A DNA stretch of 64,000 nt from Candidatus Poribacteria bacterium. GTDB lineage: Bacteria > Poribacteria > WGA-4E > JAJDTR01. Under the pieces are notes generated by a model that was not told the origin of the DNA, made no database searches, and saw nothing but the letters and a program-made list of their open reading frames with translations. The stretch spans positions 4,736,001-4,800,000 of the forward strand of contig CBDCTK010000002.1 in assembly GCA_965222225.1 (NCBI GenBank), in the 5' to 3' direction. Both the position numbers and the translations under genes were made by a program. Below, one piece after another: positions 9,757 through 20,491 of this stretch (its first letter is position 1; each line of letters opens with the position of its first letter).

Positions 9757-10617
9757 TCAGTCTTCCACCGGTTCGTCTGTCACGTTCTTGGCGCTTTGAC
9801 GGTACTTCCGCCACGTTTCCCACGACTCGACCGAGTGCGGGTCGCTCCTGCTTCTAGCGATAAAGCCGGGGTATCGTTCGAATAGCCAATCCATGTCATG
9901 CCCTGTCGGGCTGTAGCGGAGATCAATACTCCAACGCACCTCTTCGGTCGAGTTTTCCCCGGAGGCGTGGAACGTATACTGTCCAAACGCCAAGATGTCT
10001 CCAGCGCGCATCGGGAGCGACCGAGGTACGCCGCGCGCTTCGACATCCTCTGTCGGCTCAAGGTGCATTCCGTTTGATTCGCTTGGAAGCAGCCCCCACT
10101 TGTTGCTTCCCGGAATGACCTTGAGACAGCCGTTCCGTTCATCAACATCAACCAGAGGAATCCATAGGCTAAGGATTGGAACGGCAAGCGATGCTGGCCC
10201 ATAGTACCCGCTATCTTGATGCCAAGGGAGGGTTGTGCGTCGTCCGCCGGGAAGCTTTGGACGCACCCAATAATCCCCATTGACCGTCAATTCGGGACCG
10301 AGCAGTGATTCCGCCACGTCAAGAACCGCGGACGACATCAATAGGTCGTATATCCCACGGCTGAAGACCTCGTTGTTCCACGAAAAATCCTCGGTCCCCG
10401 CATCTTCTAAAATTCTCGCCAAGCGACGTGTGAAAGACGCTTGCTCATGGAGGTCTGCGATTGCTTTTTCCGCGCGGAGTTGGCGCGCCTTACGATCAAC
10501 AGCCTCGGAGACTGCGGCGCGTACCGGCTCCAGTTCCGTTTCTCCAATCGCACCCGGCACCACGACATAGCCCCAATCTTCAAAGTGGCGAATCTGTTCC
10601 TCGCTCAGCAACATCAA
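9757..10617 (-). CDS. PhyH-family Fe(II)/2-oxoglutarate dioxygenase
   Basis: WHQDSGY, WIPLVDVDERNGCL..IPGS, HASGEN..RWSID. Confidence 0.92.
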   Translation of the reverse strand: MMLLSEEQIRHFEDWGYVVVPGAIGETELEPVRAAVSEAVDRKARQLRAEKAIADLHEQASFTRRLARILEDAGTEDFSWNNEVFSRGIYDLLMSSAVLDVAESLLGPELTVNGDYWVRPKLPGGRRTTLPWHQDSGYYGPASLAVPILSLWIPLVDVDERNGCLKVIPGSNKWGLLPSESNGMHLEPTEDVEARGVPRSLPMRAGDILAFGQYTFHASGENSTEEVRWSIDLRYSPTGHDMDWLFERYPGFIARSRSDPHSVESWETWRKYRQSAKNVTDEPVED

Positions 10618-10719
10618 ATCTTGTCTCCTCGGTTACACGGCAAAACAGGGGAACTACCAGAGAGTATCGCTACGAAAACGCGTTACGCCTCATGCCCCTT
10701 AAGACGTGCTTAGACTGTT

Positions 10720-11580
10720 CTATAGGCTAAGTTCTTTGCACAGCATCGCGCAGGCCTCTTCGGGAGGCGCGTTTATTAACCGAATCGCTCCGAAGTCCCC
10801 GGATTCTTCGCCGACACCAATATCTCCGAACCCCGGATCTACGTGGATACATTGAAGTGCGGGATTTTGCCAGACGAGAAAACCGTGTTTCCATCCGTAG
10901 ACGATCGACCACTCGCCGCCACGCGATGAACGGCAGATTACGGGCTTGTCGACCGGATCCTCTGTTGCTTCACGTGCGTTATAAAAATCCAGTAACGACG
11001 CCGGTGCGTGACTGCCTTTTACAACCCACTTGGGAGGACTTTGGATTCGCATAGAATTCGCAGGAACCACCGTCCCGCCTGCATGAATCCATGTCTGGCT
11101 GGAATCGCAGTCTTGAAATGAAACACCACCCCACGCTGGCTCAAGTTCTTGTTTGAACAAACTCGGGTTCAAGAACGGGTATATCGGAAAGGCATGGTTG
11201 ATTAGGCAAAAATCGGCGGTCACGCTTCTCAACACCGTGCGCCCGATATTTCGAATTGTAAATTCGATGTCTATACCATTGCTTCGAGGGGTCAGACGGA
11301 TATCATATTCCATCGCACCCGCCCGATCTATGAACGTGCGAGTTTCAAGCATGATTGCCAGTTGCGTTTCATTGGTTGCCCAACGATGCTCAATTGAACC
11401 ATCAGGATTTGGTTCATCCCATTCGACATCAAAGTTATCGACCATGAGAAAACCATCGTCCGAACACACATTCTCAGGCGCAAGGTACCACCATTCAGCC
11501 GCAATTCGGGACGCGACAAGCTGACACCGTCGCGTCACATCCAGCGCACCGACATTTATGGCGAATCGATTCATCAGCAT
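10720..11580 (-). CDS. Hypothetical protein (possible beta-sandwich or mutarotase-like fold)
   Basis: ORF with an AAGGAG RBS before ATG 11580; no diagnostic motif. Confidence 0.7.
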   Translation of the reverse strand: MLMNRFAINVGALDVTRRCQLVASRIAAEWWYLAPENVCSDDGFLMVDNFDVEWDEPNPDGSIEHRWATNETQLAIMLETRTFIDRAGAMEYDIRLTPRSNGIDIEFTIRNIGRTVLRSVTADFCLINHAFPIYPFLNPSLFKQELEPAWGGVSFQDCDSSQTWIHAGGTVVPANSMRIQSPPKWVVKGSHAPASLLDFYNAREATEDPVDKPVICRSSRGGEWSIVYGWKHGFLVWQNPALQCIHVDPGFGDIGVGEESGDFGAIRLINAPPEEACAMLCKELSL

Positions 11581-11752
11581 GTCTCCTTGCAACTCCAGAA
11601 GTTGATAGCAAATAAAACCGGGCAAAAATCAAGGGCAAAGATAAGGGCCAAAACCTCTCACAATCGTCAATCCGTCGGCGAACTACCCAACCAACAGATG
11701 TTTCAACGCTAAAATTAAAATCATCGCCACTCGTAATTTCTTTGTGACATTC

Positions 11753-12517
11753 TTAAATCGTCCAGTATTTCCAGAGGTTCTCAGGAACTTCGTACCGTAT
11801 CCTCTCCTTCTCTTGATATGACCACCGGGCAAAAAGCCCGAATCGTGGAATATCGTGAACATTTGCGGATCCGGTGTGGCAGAGGAAACAGTGCCAAAAA
11901 ATAACATCGCCCGATTTGGCGATGAACTCACGAGGCGGCTCCGGCGATTGGTCGGAGAAGATTTCCCAGCCCCAACCTTCAGTATCTCGGAAGCTGCCGT
12001 CAATGTGGGTTGGATGCTCCAAGAAATAGGTGTGTGTTGTCAGATGGCTCTTTGGCCAATAGGTGAACGCCCCGCCACCCGGTTGGACATCGTACATATA
12101 CGTCGTTGCTCCGAGCATAAAACCGCCGCTCCATCCGTTCGGTCCATATCCGTCAATATGGCCGATGGTCGGCATCTGCCACGGTTCTTTTTCCTTTCTG
12201 GGCCACTGAGCGAGCACCTGTCCGCCGCCGCCGTTGAACATGCCACCGCCAATTTGATCCACAACGGCGCGAACTTGCGGGAGTTGACCGAAAACCTGTG
12301 ACTCTGGTTCAATCTTCAATCCATCGGCAACATACTGATCCGGCCAACCACTTGGGTCGGATAACTCGGAATTAAGATGATCCCAAATCTGGTTGCGCCA
12401 ACTTTGGACAACATCGCTTTCGACGAAATTTTCCAGAATCAAGTAACCGTTGGTCTTAAAGTAATCAATCTGTTCGGGTGTAAGTATTTCGTTATTGGTC
12501 GGCGTTCGAGCAGTCAT
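11753..12517 (-). CDS. PhyH-family dioxygenase
   Basis: FKTNGYLIL, GHIDGY (HxD), WPKSH, GDVIFWH..LCHTGSAN. Confidence 0.85.
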   Translation of the reverse strand: MTARTPTNNEILTPEQIDYFKTNGYLILENFVESDVVQSWRNQIWDHLNSELSDPSGWPDQYVADGLKIEPESQVFGQLPQVRAVVDQIGGGMFNGGGGQVLAQWPRKEKEPWQMPTIGHIDGYGPNGWSGGFMLGATTYMYDVQPGGGAFTYWPKSHLTTHTYFLEHPTHIDGSFRDTEGWGWEIFSDQSPEPPREFIAKSGDVIFWHCFLCHTGSANVHDIPRFGLFARWSYQEKERIRYEVPENLWKYWTI

Positions 12518-12578
12518 GATGATTCACCCGTGCTCCCATTCAAAACGGCAATGAAGTTTGACTCAACTTCCTTCTCTT

Positions 12579-12911
12579 TCAAAGTTCGAAAACCCGCTCC
12601 ATAGTTGCCCACCATTCGTCCGGTTTAGCTTCCGGTACCCGTTCCTGAAAATCTCGCATGAGCACATCCCATTCACGGCAGCGTGGATGCAATTCCAAGT
12701 GACGTGGAAAGTCGTGTGCGGGGTCGAAATCATCAACGGTTTCTATCGCCATGAACAGCCGGTTCCCGAGCAGATAGATATCCATCCTCGTGATTCCAAC
12801 CTCCCGCAGACTATTTAGCACTTCGGGCCAGACATTCCTATGATATGTCTTGTATTGCTCAATGACCTGCGGATCGTCTTTCAGATTCAAGGTTAAACCA
12901 AAACGTCGCAT
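12579..12911 (-). CDS. L-rhamnose mutarotase family protein
   Basis: From ATG 12911 (AAGGAG RBS): YKTYHRNVWPEV...WWATMERVF. The ORF-track extension to 13022 runs through a repeat. Confidence 0.85.
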   Translation of the reverse strand: MRRFGLTLNLKDDPQVIEQYKTYHRNVWPEVLNSLREVGITRMDIYLLGNRLFMAIETVDDFDPAHDFPRHLELHPRCREWDVLMRDFQERVPEAKPDEWWATMERVFEL

Positions 12912-12970
12912 AGATTCTCCTTCCTTGTAGGGTCGGATTGGCAATCGACAGATCGCCCATACGAAGAGAC

Positions 12971-13110
12971 CGATACTAGCCATTGCCCTGCACACCAACC
13001 TGGGTAGGCGGGGATCAAGCAAGCGAATAGCACGTCGATAGAAATCCCCTTGCCCCGGATTGGAAAGATTTGATTGACGCTAGTAGTGGACTGCAAATAT
13101 AGGGAAATAG
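12971..13110. repeat. ~140-nt dispersed intergenic repeat, copy A
   Basis: Reverse complement aligns with 25066-25205 (TATATTT.CAGT..A.TA.TAGCGTCAATCAA...CCCGCCTAC...TTGGTGTGCAGG..AATGG.T.GTATCG); contains a 35-nt-type unit. Confidence 0.8.
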
Positions 13111-13112
13111 AA

Positions 13113-13844
13113 TTAGTTAGGACCGTCTAGCATCACACGCAAGAGCGGCAATTTGTCCCTGTGTTCGTTTACAATCGGGTTGTCGGCGGTGTTGTCCTCG
13201 GGATGCGGGGTTGGGTTGCTCCATCCCTGATAGTGTCCACCCCAGATGTGACGCCGCGTCCCGCCAGTCCCGCGCCGGGAGCAATGCCAAACAGCGGTGT
13301 CAAAGATAACCGCTGATCCGGGCGACATAACCACTTCCTCTTCGCCTTCCCATACTGCCTCTCCATCGCCCTTTGCGTCAACTGAGTCGTTCAACCGCCG
13401 TGGAAGCACAATGAGAGGACCGATTTCGCGGTCGGATCCGTCTACATAGATACCGCAAAGGATCCGCTCGGGATTCTCGCGTTGCAAACCGGTTGGCGGA
13501 ATCTCCCAGGCGTAGTGGACGTGCCATGAAGTCAAGATAGGTTGAGTAGGGGCGTTTCCGAAGACTGCCGCGCCAGTGTGCGCAAGTCGAACATCGTCTT
13601 GAAGAACTTCCTCCATCGCATCGACTAGAATGGATTTCACGAAGAAAGGCGCCATTTCCGGACCTAACTCCAACAGCGGGTGAAATCCTATTGTGGACTG
13701 TTCCGCAGAGAACCCTCCCCTTTTGTCGCACAGTCCCTTAAAAATCGTGCGAATCTGGTCGCACTCCTTTTCATCGCATACTGACTCAATCAAACAATAG
13801 CCGCGTTCTGCCACCTCGCGAGCCTTTGACTTTAGGTCAATCAT
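13113..13844 (-). CDS. PhyH-family dioxygenase-like protein with HxH in place of HxD (paralog 1)
   Basis: ERGYCLIE, WHVHYAW, PGSAVIFDTAVWHCS; 243 aa from ATG 13844. Confidence 0.85.
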   Translation of the reverse strand: MIDLKSKAREVAERGYCLIESVCDEKECDQIRTIFKGLCDKRGGFSAEQSTIGFHPLLELGPEMAPFFVKSILVDAMEEVLQDDVRLAHTGAAVFGNAPTQPILTSWHVHYAWEIPPTGLQRENPERILCGIYVDGSDREIGPLIVLPRRLNDSVDAKGDGEAVWEGEEEVVMSPGSAVIFDTAVWHCSRRGTGGTRRHIWGGHYQGWSNPTPHPEDNTADNPIVNEHRDKLPLLRVMLDGPN

Positions 13845-13948
13845 CCGTACCACCTTTCTAACGAAGTGTGTAGACGCAAATAGCGATGATTCACCCCTAC
13901 CTGCGCCCGAAATTAATAACAGGTCTTGAGACAAGGATTTATGGCGGA

Positions 13949-14680
13949 TTACTCAGGACCGTGCAACAGCGAGCGAAGGAGCGGCAACTCGTTCCTGAAT
14001 CCGGTTAGGGTTGGATTGTCGGAGGTGTTGTCCTCGGGATGGGGCGTCGGATTATTCCATCCCTGATAATGCCCACCCCAGATGCGGCGTATGCCTTTAG
14101 CGCTCCCACGACGCGAGCAGTGCCATACAGCGGTGTCAAAGATTACTGCTGCCCCGGGAGGCACTTCCACCACGTCTTGCCCCTCCCAATCAACCGACAC
14201 ATCGTCTTTCCCGTCAACTGATTCGTTCAACTGCCGCGGAAGTACAATGAGGGGACCGACATCAAGGCTGGAACCGTCCACATAGATGTTACAAAGGATC
14301 CGCTCCGAATTCTCGCGCTGCAACCCTCCGTCGGGAATGTCCCAAGCGTAGTGGACATGCCAGTTAGTCAAAATCGGGTTAGTATGCGCGTTGTTGAAAA
14401 CGGCTGCGCCGCTGTGCGAGAGCCGAACATCGTCCTGAAGCACCTCTTCCATCGCGTCCACGAGAACCGATTTCGCGAAATAGGGCGACATCTCGGGCCC
14501 CCATTCGAGGAGCGGATGAAAGCCGACGGATGGCTGTTCGGCAGAAAGTCCCCCCTTTTTCACACACAGTGCGTCGAAGATAGCACGCATCCCCTCGCAT
14601 TCTTGGTCGTCGTAAGCCGATTCGATAACACAGTAGCCGTGGTCATGAACCTCTTGTGCCTTCGATTTTAGATTAATCAT
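13949..14680 (-). CDS. PhyH-family dioxygenase-like protein with HxH (paralog 2, tandem duplicate)
   Basis: Same length (243 aa) and same motifs as 13113-13844. Confidence 0.85.
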   Translation of the reverse strand: MINLKSKAQEVHDHGYCVIESAYDDQECEGMRAIFDALCVKKGGLSAEQPSVGFHPLLEWGPEMSPYFAKSVLVDAMEEVLQDDVRLSHSGAAVFNNAHTNPILTNWHVHYAWDIPDGGLQRENSERILCNIYVDGSSLDVGPLIVLPRQLNESVDGKDDVSVDWEGQDVVEVPPGAAVIFDTAVWHCSRRGSAKGIRRIWGGHYQGWNNPTPHPEDNTSDNPTLTGFRNELPLLRSLLHGPE

Positions 14681-14944
14681 ATATGCCACCTTTCTGGCGA
14701 TATTGTGGTCAAGATTCTGCCACAAAACCTATGTGGATGTCCATCAGTTTCGACTCGGATCGAAAAATACCATGCTACGTACACTAACCCAATAACTTGT
14801 ACGAAAATCTATTTGGATTCGGTAATGCTTCTCACCCCAGCGGAGTGCCATGTCTGTACTATGGAGATGTCTTTCCCTCCGTTCCAGAGGAGCGGAATGT
14901 CTGTGTCTTGGAAGAAAGACAAGTGCGATTACGGTGCAATACCC

Positions 14945-17098
14945 CTACAACTCAATGATTAGAACTTCGTGAATCTGCGAAGTCTGAAGCGTCACGGTAT
15001 CGCCTGACACGGAGACCGTGGAATCCGCACTTTCGCCATTAGCCTTCGAAAACGGTCTCTTGACCGTGACTTTCGCCGTGTAGCCAAAAGTCTCTTCCAT
15101 CAGCGGTGGCAACACCATTCGTCCCTGCCCCTGTCTTCCCATGGCGGAAGTTGTCGTGCCCCAGAACGCAATGAAATGCACCAGTAGACGTTGCTGATTC
15201 TTGTCCTCTGCCACGACGGTTTCAACATTCAGCGGTGCCTGAATGAGTACATCCGGCTCTGGATTCAGATATCGCACCAAGTTTCGAATCGCATCACGAT
15301 GCTCCGGCATTCGATACGACTCGCCCCAAGCAGCATCCACGCAACAGGCGACAAAGGCGGCTTTGCCTTTCCCGTATTCGTTGACGGTTATCGCCGGACC
15401 AATCACGCGACCGGCGGACATGTGGTCACGCCAAGGATTATCGGCACCTTCAACGGAACGGTGAGCGGCAAGCACTTCGCCGTAACCCTGCGCCGAACTC
15501 GTCTCCACCTCGACAATCGGTCCCCATGTCAAAATAGGGTGATCGGTTGGCAGACCGTCTACAAGTGATGCGGATTCGCCATTACACAGGCTTGATGGGA
15601 AACGCAGATAGTTGTCTCGGTGGTCGGTTAAAGCCTTGACGGATCGTATCCCGAGAAGTTCGGCAAGGTTACAAGTGTCGCCCAGTTCGCCGCGAGAGTC
15701 GCACATCCCCGTCATCGCAGTTGCAATCAGATTTCCCCCTTCCGCCACATAGTCTTGGAATAGACCAACCTCCCGCTCCGTCAAGATGGCGGCATTGGGA
15801 AGAAACACCACGGGAAACCGGCGTAGTCGCTCCGCCGAGACATTTTCGTCCATGATCATGCCCATGGGGATGTGTGACTGAAGAAAGGCTTTGTGTGCCC
15901 CCACGAACGCGGAAAAATACTTGGAACCATCCTCGCGGCCATACCAATCGCGACTGCGGCAGGAATAATAGAGACCTACCTCCGGTAATGCGGGATAACC
16001 AAAATACGCGTGCTTGCGTCGTCCTTCTCCGAAGGCTTCACCGATTCGTTCGAAGGCGACCGGCGCCAAGCAACCGTCATAGTCGGCTTTATCTACGATA
16101 GTGCATTGACACCCGTGGGAAAGATAGGTCAAGACCTCCCACGTCATGTCCGCGGCTGGCCTTACAGTGTAGTCATGGTAGTTGTAAACGAAGCGTGAGG
16201 TGACCCCTTGCACAGGGCAGCCCGGCTTGACTGCAAGCATGAACAATGAAAGCAGACTGGGATTTGTGTTGCCGAACGCCCACGGCAATCCTTCGGCGGT
16301 CACGAAATCACCGCTCTGCGCGTGCTGCACCGGCTGTTCACCCACCTCCCACGAGAAGGGAGGATAACCGTGGTAATTGAAATCGACGCTCAACTCAGGG
16401 TTGTGACTCTTGACGTAAGCATCCAATTCCCGGCAGAAATTTGCGTTTGAGTTGCAACGAAATTCGAGCATCTTGTCCCAAGCGTCGTCCCAGGTGACGC
16501 CATTGGGCATCTCAATACCGTAAGCCTCTCTGAATTGTCCCCGGCAGCACTCGCACCAGCACCCGATGGGTGGGCCGAAGCCGAAATCAAGCATATCGAA
16601 ATGGAAACCGACAATCTCGTATTCCATCATCTCCGCGGCGAACCGCTTGCGCTCTTCCAGATATCCCGAGTTATAGCAGAGGCGGCTTGGAATATCCTGC
16701 CCCTTACTGTCCTTCATACGCCATTCGGGGTGAGCGCGCCACGAAGAGCCATCGTACTGAATCTGACAATACGCCACCACCGCAATCCCGTGCTCCTTGG
16801 CTTCGTCGATACACTCTCGAAGTAAATCTCGATCCCCGAGGTTCGGCGCTTTTCTTCCCATCTTGGAGTTGTAATACGCGAAGTCATGGTCTTTCATGAA
16901 AACGATGATATATTCGGCATTGGCTCTCCTCACATTTTCAATGATTTCCCGACCGGTAATGCCAGCCATATAGACATCATCGCCATCATTTCCGCCAGTG
17001 GGCCCGTACTCCAAGCCAACCAACATCCGCCGGTACCACGGCTGTTCACCCATTTCGGCTGATGATTCGGTTACATTGTCTGTGGTGCTCACGGTCAA
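14945..17098 (-). CDS. Putative glycoside hydrolase (alpha-fucosidase/GHL6-like barrel plus beta-galactosidase trimerisation domain)
   Basis: FMKDHDFAYYNS, DLLRECIDEA, HPEWRM, FHFDM, CWCECC, VVFLPNAAIL...YVAEGGNLIAT. Confidence 0.75.
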   Translation of the reverse strand: MTVSTTDNVTESSAEMGEQPWYRRMLVGLEYGPTGGNDGDDVYMAGITGREIIENVRRANAEYIIVFMKDHDFAYYNSKMGRKAPNLGDRDLLRECIDEAKEHGIAVVAYCQIQYDGSSWRAHPEWRMKDSKGQDIPSRLCYNSGYLEERKRFAAEMMEYEIVGFHFDMLDFGFGPPIGCWCECCRGQFREAYGIEMPNGVTWDDAWDKMLEFRCNSNANFCRELDAYVKSHNPELSVDFNYHGYPPFSWEVGEQPVQHAQSGDFVTAEGLPWAFGNTNPSLLSLFMLAVKPGCPVQGVTSRFVYNYHDYTVRPAADMTWEVLTYLSHGCQCTIVDKADYDGCLAPVAFERIGEAFGEGRRKHAYFGYPALPEVGLYYSCRSRDWYGREDGSKYFSAFVGAHKAFLQSHIPMGMIMDENVSAERLRRFPVVFLPNAAILTEREVGLFQDYVAEGGNLIATAMTGMCDSRGELGDTCNLAELLGIRSVKALTDHRDNYLRFPSSLCNGESASLVDGLPTDHPILTWGPIVEVETSSAQGYGEVLAAHRSVEGADNPWRDHMSAGRVIGPAITVNEYGKGKAAFVACCVDAAWGESYRMPEHRDAIRNLVRYLNPEPDVLIQAPLNVETVVAEDKNQQRLLVHFIAFWGTTTSAMGRQGQGRMVLPPLMEETFGYTAKVTVKRPFSKANGESADSTVSVSGDTVTLQTSQIHEVLIIEL

Positions 17099-17168
17099 TT
17101 CCTCCTCTTGCGATTAACTCCATACGTACAGCAGTGTGCTGTGGTGGGTTCTAGTGTGACAAGATGCT

Positions 17169-17894
17169 CTAACATTTGCGAGCCGCTGGTGGTCTTGCTG
17201 GCGTTCGGATGTGGATTTTGTTGATCTTGTCGGTTGAAAGACGACCTCTCAACTTCCGTTTCACCGTGTATTTGTCGAGGTGTTCCAGTTGGATCAACAT
17301 ACATTGAGTTCGAGACGGGAGTTGCCATAGGCGCTCAAAATCGGACTCAGTCTTTCTGTTTGTGTGGCCCCCCCGCGGATCTTCCAAAATGATGTATCCG
17401 GATTCGTCATAGCCAACGACCAGCCATGGTGTTGACTCCAATAGAACCAGCGACCACCACCCTACGTCGATGAACGCTTTCAATACCTCTATGTCGCAAT
17501 GGGTTATAACAGCGACGTTGTAGTTCTTTGGAATAAGTGCGGTATCAGGTTGTTCTGTGTTTTGTTGCTTCCGCAGGCCGCCGCTCAGGCGAGGGTACTC
17601 TGGTACTAGGACAGCTTCAAGTTCATTCAAACTCTTCAACTCACGTAGCGGCTTCGTCTTGAAAAGCCGATCTAGCCACATGCGCTCGCGTACGTCCGCG
17701 TAGACTCTCTTGGCTTGAACTGATGTCGGCGACGCGTTCGCAGCCGTTGTAGAAGCTGACAAAGACCCTGCAGTTTCCGACGACGATGGCAATTCTGCAA
17801 TATAAAACTTCTGGTTTTGCGGCGATGGCGCACAACCAAGCACGATCAAACACAACAGCACAGCTAAAGCGATTCGCGAAAAATGTCTCTGCAT
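17169..17894 (-). CDS. Putative lipoprotein with a degenerate peptidase C39-like C-terminal region
   Basis: Lipobox-like IVLGC; LVVGYDESGYIILEDP..FERLW. Start placed at ATG 17894. Confidence 0.6.
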   Translation of the reverse strand: MQRHFSRIALAVLLCLIVLGCAPSPQNQKFYIAELPSSSETAGSLSASTTAANASPTSVQAKRVYADVRERMWLDRLFKTKPLRELKSLNELEAVLVPEYPRLSGGLRKQQNTEQPDTALIPKNYNVAVITHCDIEVLKAFIDVGWWSLVLLESTPWLVVGYDESGYIILEDPRGGHTNRKTESDFERLWQLPSRTQCMLIQLEHLDKYTVKRKLRGRLSTDKINKIHIRTPARPPAARKC

Positions 17895-17986
17895 GATTCT
17901 CTCCTTTTCAGTCACGCTAGTCAAGGGGAATTTGATGGTGTCCGATATTATCATTTTAATTGGTTAGGCAGTCAACCGGAAAATAC

Positions 17987-20479
17987 TCATTGACGCTGCT
18001 GACGTGATACATTGACGAGTCGCACGTCATCCACCCAAGCGCTGCCAGTTGTTCCCTCCTTGTGGAACCTTATCTGTGCATGTGAGGTACCTGGCGGGGC
18101 AATGCTTCCACAAGTCGCAAATTGCCAGCCGCTGGAGGAAGCTGTTTCGATTACTGACGCGGTTTCCACAATATTACCCTCGTCATCCAGGTATTCAATT
18201 GCGGCTTGTATTCGTTCAGTCGTGTTAATTTCGGTGAACTTGACATAGAACTCTAATCTACACGTTACACCGGCTGGTATGTCGACCAGAAGTGAATACT
18301 GTCTACGTTCTACTACGCGAAGCGAATAGTCTCCGCTCCGTTTCTCTTGTTTATCCGGGTGACTTATTCTAGGCCATGCTCCCTCCTCCCGCCAGTCGGC
18401 TAGGTCCCTACCGTCTCCAATTTCACATCCGGATTCCAGCAGGATCCCCCGCTCCCTAAGGTTCAAGCGTTTGCGATTCAGATCCGCTCTTTCGGCTTTG
18501 AGCGCTGCACTCAGCCGCTCTGTTCGCTGGCGGGCAAGGTCTTGCAGCTCCCTGAAACGTCTACTGAGTTCTCTGCCGACCCCGGAGTCCCCAATCACAA
18601 TCAATTCTGCTGTATTCAATTCTGGAAGATAGAGAGTTTTTGTGTTGCTGTCGCCATTAGTCGAGAGTTCAAGTTCTCCAATCCGGTTACCATCCGCGGC
18701 TAACGCTGCTTCATGATGTCCCCACGGCGGCAAATGAAGTTCAAGCCGAACATCCTTCAGTGGTGTATTTGAAAACCCTTCTACGTCAGAGGTGAAGTCA
18801 TGATTGACTAGGATAAGTATCACCGTTCCATCCGCACATAAGAGCGTCTGTTGCCACAATGTATCAGAGTTGGTTGCCGTGTCCACGCTGTGTTGCGAAA
18901 CTATATTATCACACGGATACGCACCCAAGAGCAACGGGATTAGCGTCTGAACAGTTAGATTAATCTGCCCTATCGCTTCGAGTAGCGTTGGATTCGCCTC
19001 GACACCGTGGTCTCCCGTCCCTCCCGGTTTTGAATCATCATAAGTATAGTAACATAGCCCCTTACCGCCGGAAGCCACGCAGTAATACGCCATCATCTTT
19101 TCTTCCTGAGGTGAGGGGAAGCGTGGTACGCCGATACTCTTTTCCCACGCCGCATAGATGAGTGTATTGAATGCTCCCGGCATGGCTGCCCAGCGCAAGG
19201 CGTTCACCGCATCGTAAACGGCAATGGGTTGCTTGGCGCCTTGACCCGCATAATCCCCGCTCGATGGGATATCTGCTCCTCTGGCGTGGATAAAGTAATT
19301 TGCGGGGTGCCCCCAACCGTCAAGTTGAAGCCAGCCGAGCGCCGCCGCGTCATCACTTAACTTGCCTCTCATGAACTCAATGACATCAGTCTGAGCCATG
19401 CAGCCCAGGCGTTTAGATTCAGGGAAGGATTTGAGATGAACACCCTCCCAGATGTCTATTTCGTCTCGCACGTACCAATGTTTGTCATCTGCGTCGAGTA
19501 ACATGATATCGTTGCGTCTAGCCAGCTCTCGTCCCTCTGCTGAATTTCGAATGGCGCTATCTTTGGGCCAGATGAAGATGAGATCGGTGTTGAAGTGGTA
19601 TGCCTTTAACGAGCGGTAGAAGTCATACATGCGTTCAACGGCTGTCGCCCCCTTGGAACTCCAGCCGTAGACCCCAACCGGAAAGAAGTCCTTCTTTGCC
19701 CTGACCATGTCCACAATCTCGACGCCCTGTTTTGTGATGAGCCGCAACAGATGATGTGACCCCTCTTTGAGCGGCGTGTCTAGGGCAACTGTCAGAATTC
19801 CTAAATCATGCCAGAAATCTGGTGATGCAAACCTACACTGAGCAGTGATATCAATTTCGTCGAGGTATACGCTGTCGAAAGTTAAATCCTCGGGCGTCAG
19901 CTTCCTGGCGAAGATAACCATTTGCTCGCAGTTCGCTCCAAAACCTACATATGCTATCCGAACCTTCGGTTCTTGTGGCTTAACAACTGCAGTACATAAG
20001 TTGCCTCGATTATCGGCGATTCTGACTTCAACAGGATGACTTGGAGAAAGTCTTGTCCTAATCAGGAGGAATCCCAACCCGCCAGGGGCAACCGAAGTCG
20101 GTCTAATTTTGTACCAGATTGGTTCGCCGGCATCCATCAACGTTCGTGTTGGCGCTGATGGTTTGGTTAGGTGTTCTCCATGCCAAATACTAGTCGCCTT
20201 GAGGTCGCCGTGTGTCGTTAATCTATTGACTACCGACACCTCGTCAAGGAGGATGTCCGTTACCTCCATAGGCGTTTTCCCGGTATTGCGGATGACAATT
20301 AGATAGTGGCCGCCGGGAGGCCATCTCCACTCCCTCAATTCGGGCATCGTATCCGGAATGAATTGCGCTGTCACCACGGAGATATCCTTACTCCTTCCTG
20401 GATCGTATGCATTTTTCATACCGATGTTGGCAGCTCCCAGAATGACAATCGCGGCAATCGCTACTGAAATTTGAACCAT
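17987..20479 (-). CDS. Large secreted protein, probably carbohydrate-active (GH-like core, C-terminal CBM-like domain)
   Basis: N-terminal hydrophobic signal; FFPVGVY, WYVRDE, GGKGLCYY; C-terminal SGDYSLRV...GSAWVDDVRL. Confidence 0.65.
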   Translation of the reverse strand: MVQISVAIAAIVILGAANIGMKNAYDPGRSKDISVVTAQFIPDTMPELREWRWPPGGHYLIVIRNTGKTPMEVTDILLDEVSVVNRLTTHGDLKATSIWHGEHLTKPSAPTRTLMDAGEPIWYKIRPTSVAPGGLGFLLIRTRLSPSHPVEVRIADNRGNLCTAVVKPQEPKVRIAYVGFGANCEQMVIFARKLTPEDLTFDSVYLDEIDITAQCRFASPDFWHDLGILTVALDTPLKEGSHHLLRLITKQGVEIVDMVRAKKDFFPVGVYGWSSKGATAVERMYDFYRSLKAYHFNTDLIFIWPKDSAIRNSAEGRELARRNDIMLLDADDKHWYVRDEIDIWEGVHLKSFPESKRLGCMAQTDVIEFMRGKLSDDAAALGWLQLDGWGHPANYFIHARGADIPSSGDYAGQGAKQPIAVYDAVNALRWAAMPGAFNTLIYAAWEKSIGVPRFPSPQEEKMMAYYCVASGGKGLCYYTYDDSKPGGTGDHGVEANPTLLEAIGQINLTVQTLIPLLLGAYPCDNIVSQHSVDTATNSDTLWQQTLLCADGTVILILVNHDFTSDVEGFSNTPLKDVRLELHLPPWGHHEAALAADGNRIGELELSTNGDSNTKTLYLPELNTAELIVIGDSGVGRELSRRFRELQDLARQRTERLSAALKAERADLNRKRLNLRERGILLESGCEIGDGRDLADWREEGAWPRISHPDKQEKRSGDYSLRVVERRQYSLLVDIPAGVTCRLEFYVKFTEINTTERIQAAIEYLDDEGNIVETASVIETASSSGWQFATCGSIAPPGTSHAQIRFHKEGTTGSAWVDDVRLVNVSRQQRQ

Positions 20480-20491
20480 TTTCGCGCGTAC

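Noticed and set aside
12912-13022. N-terminal extension of the mutarotase ORF
   Set aside because: It runs through the 140-nt repeat, and a good RBS precedes ATG 12911.
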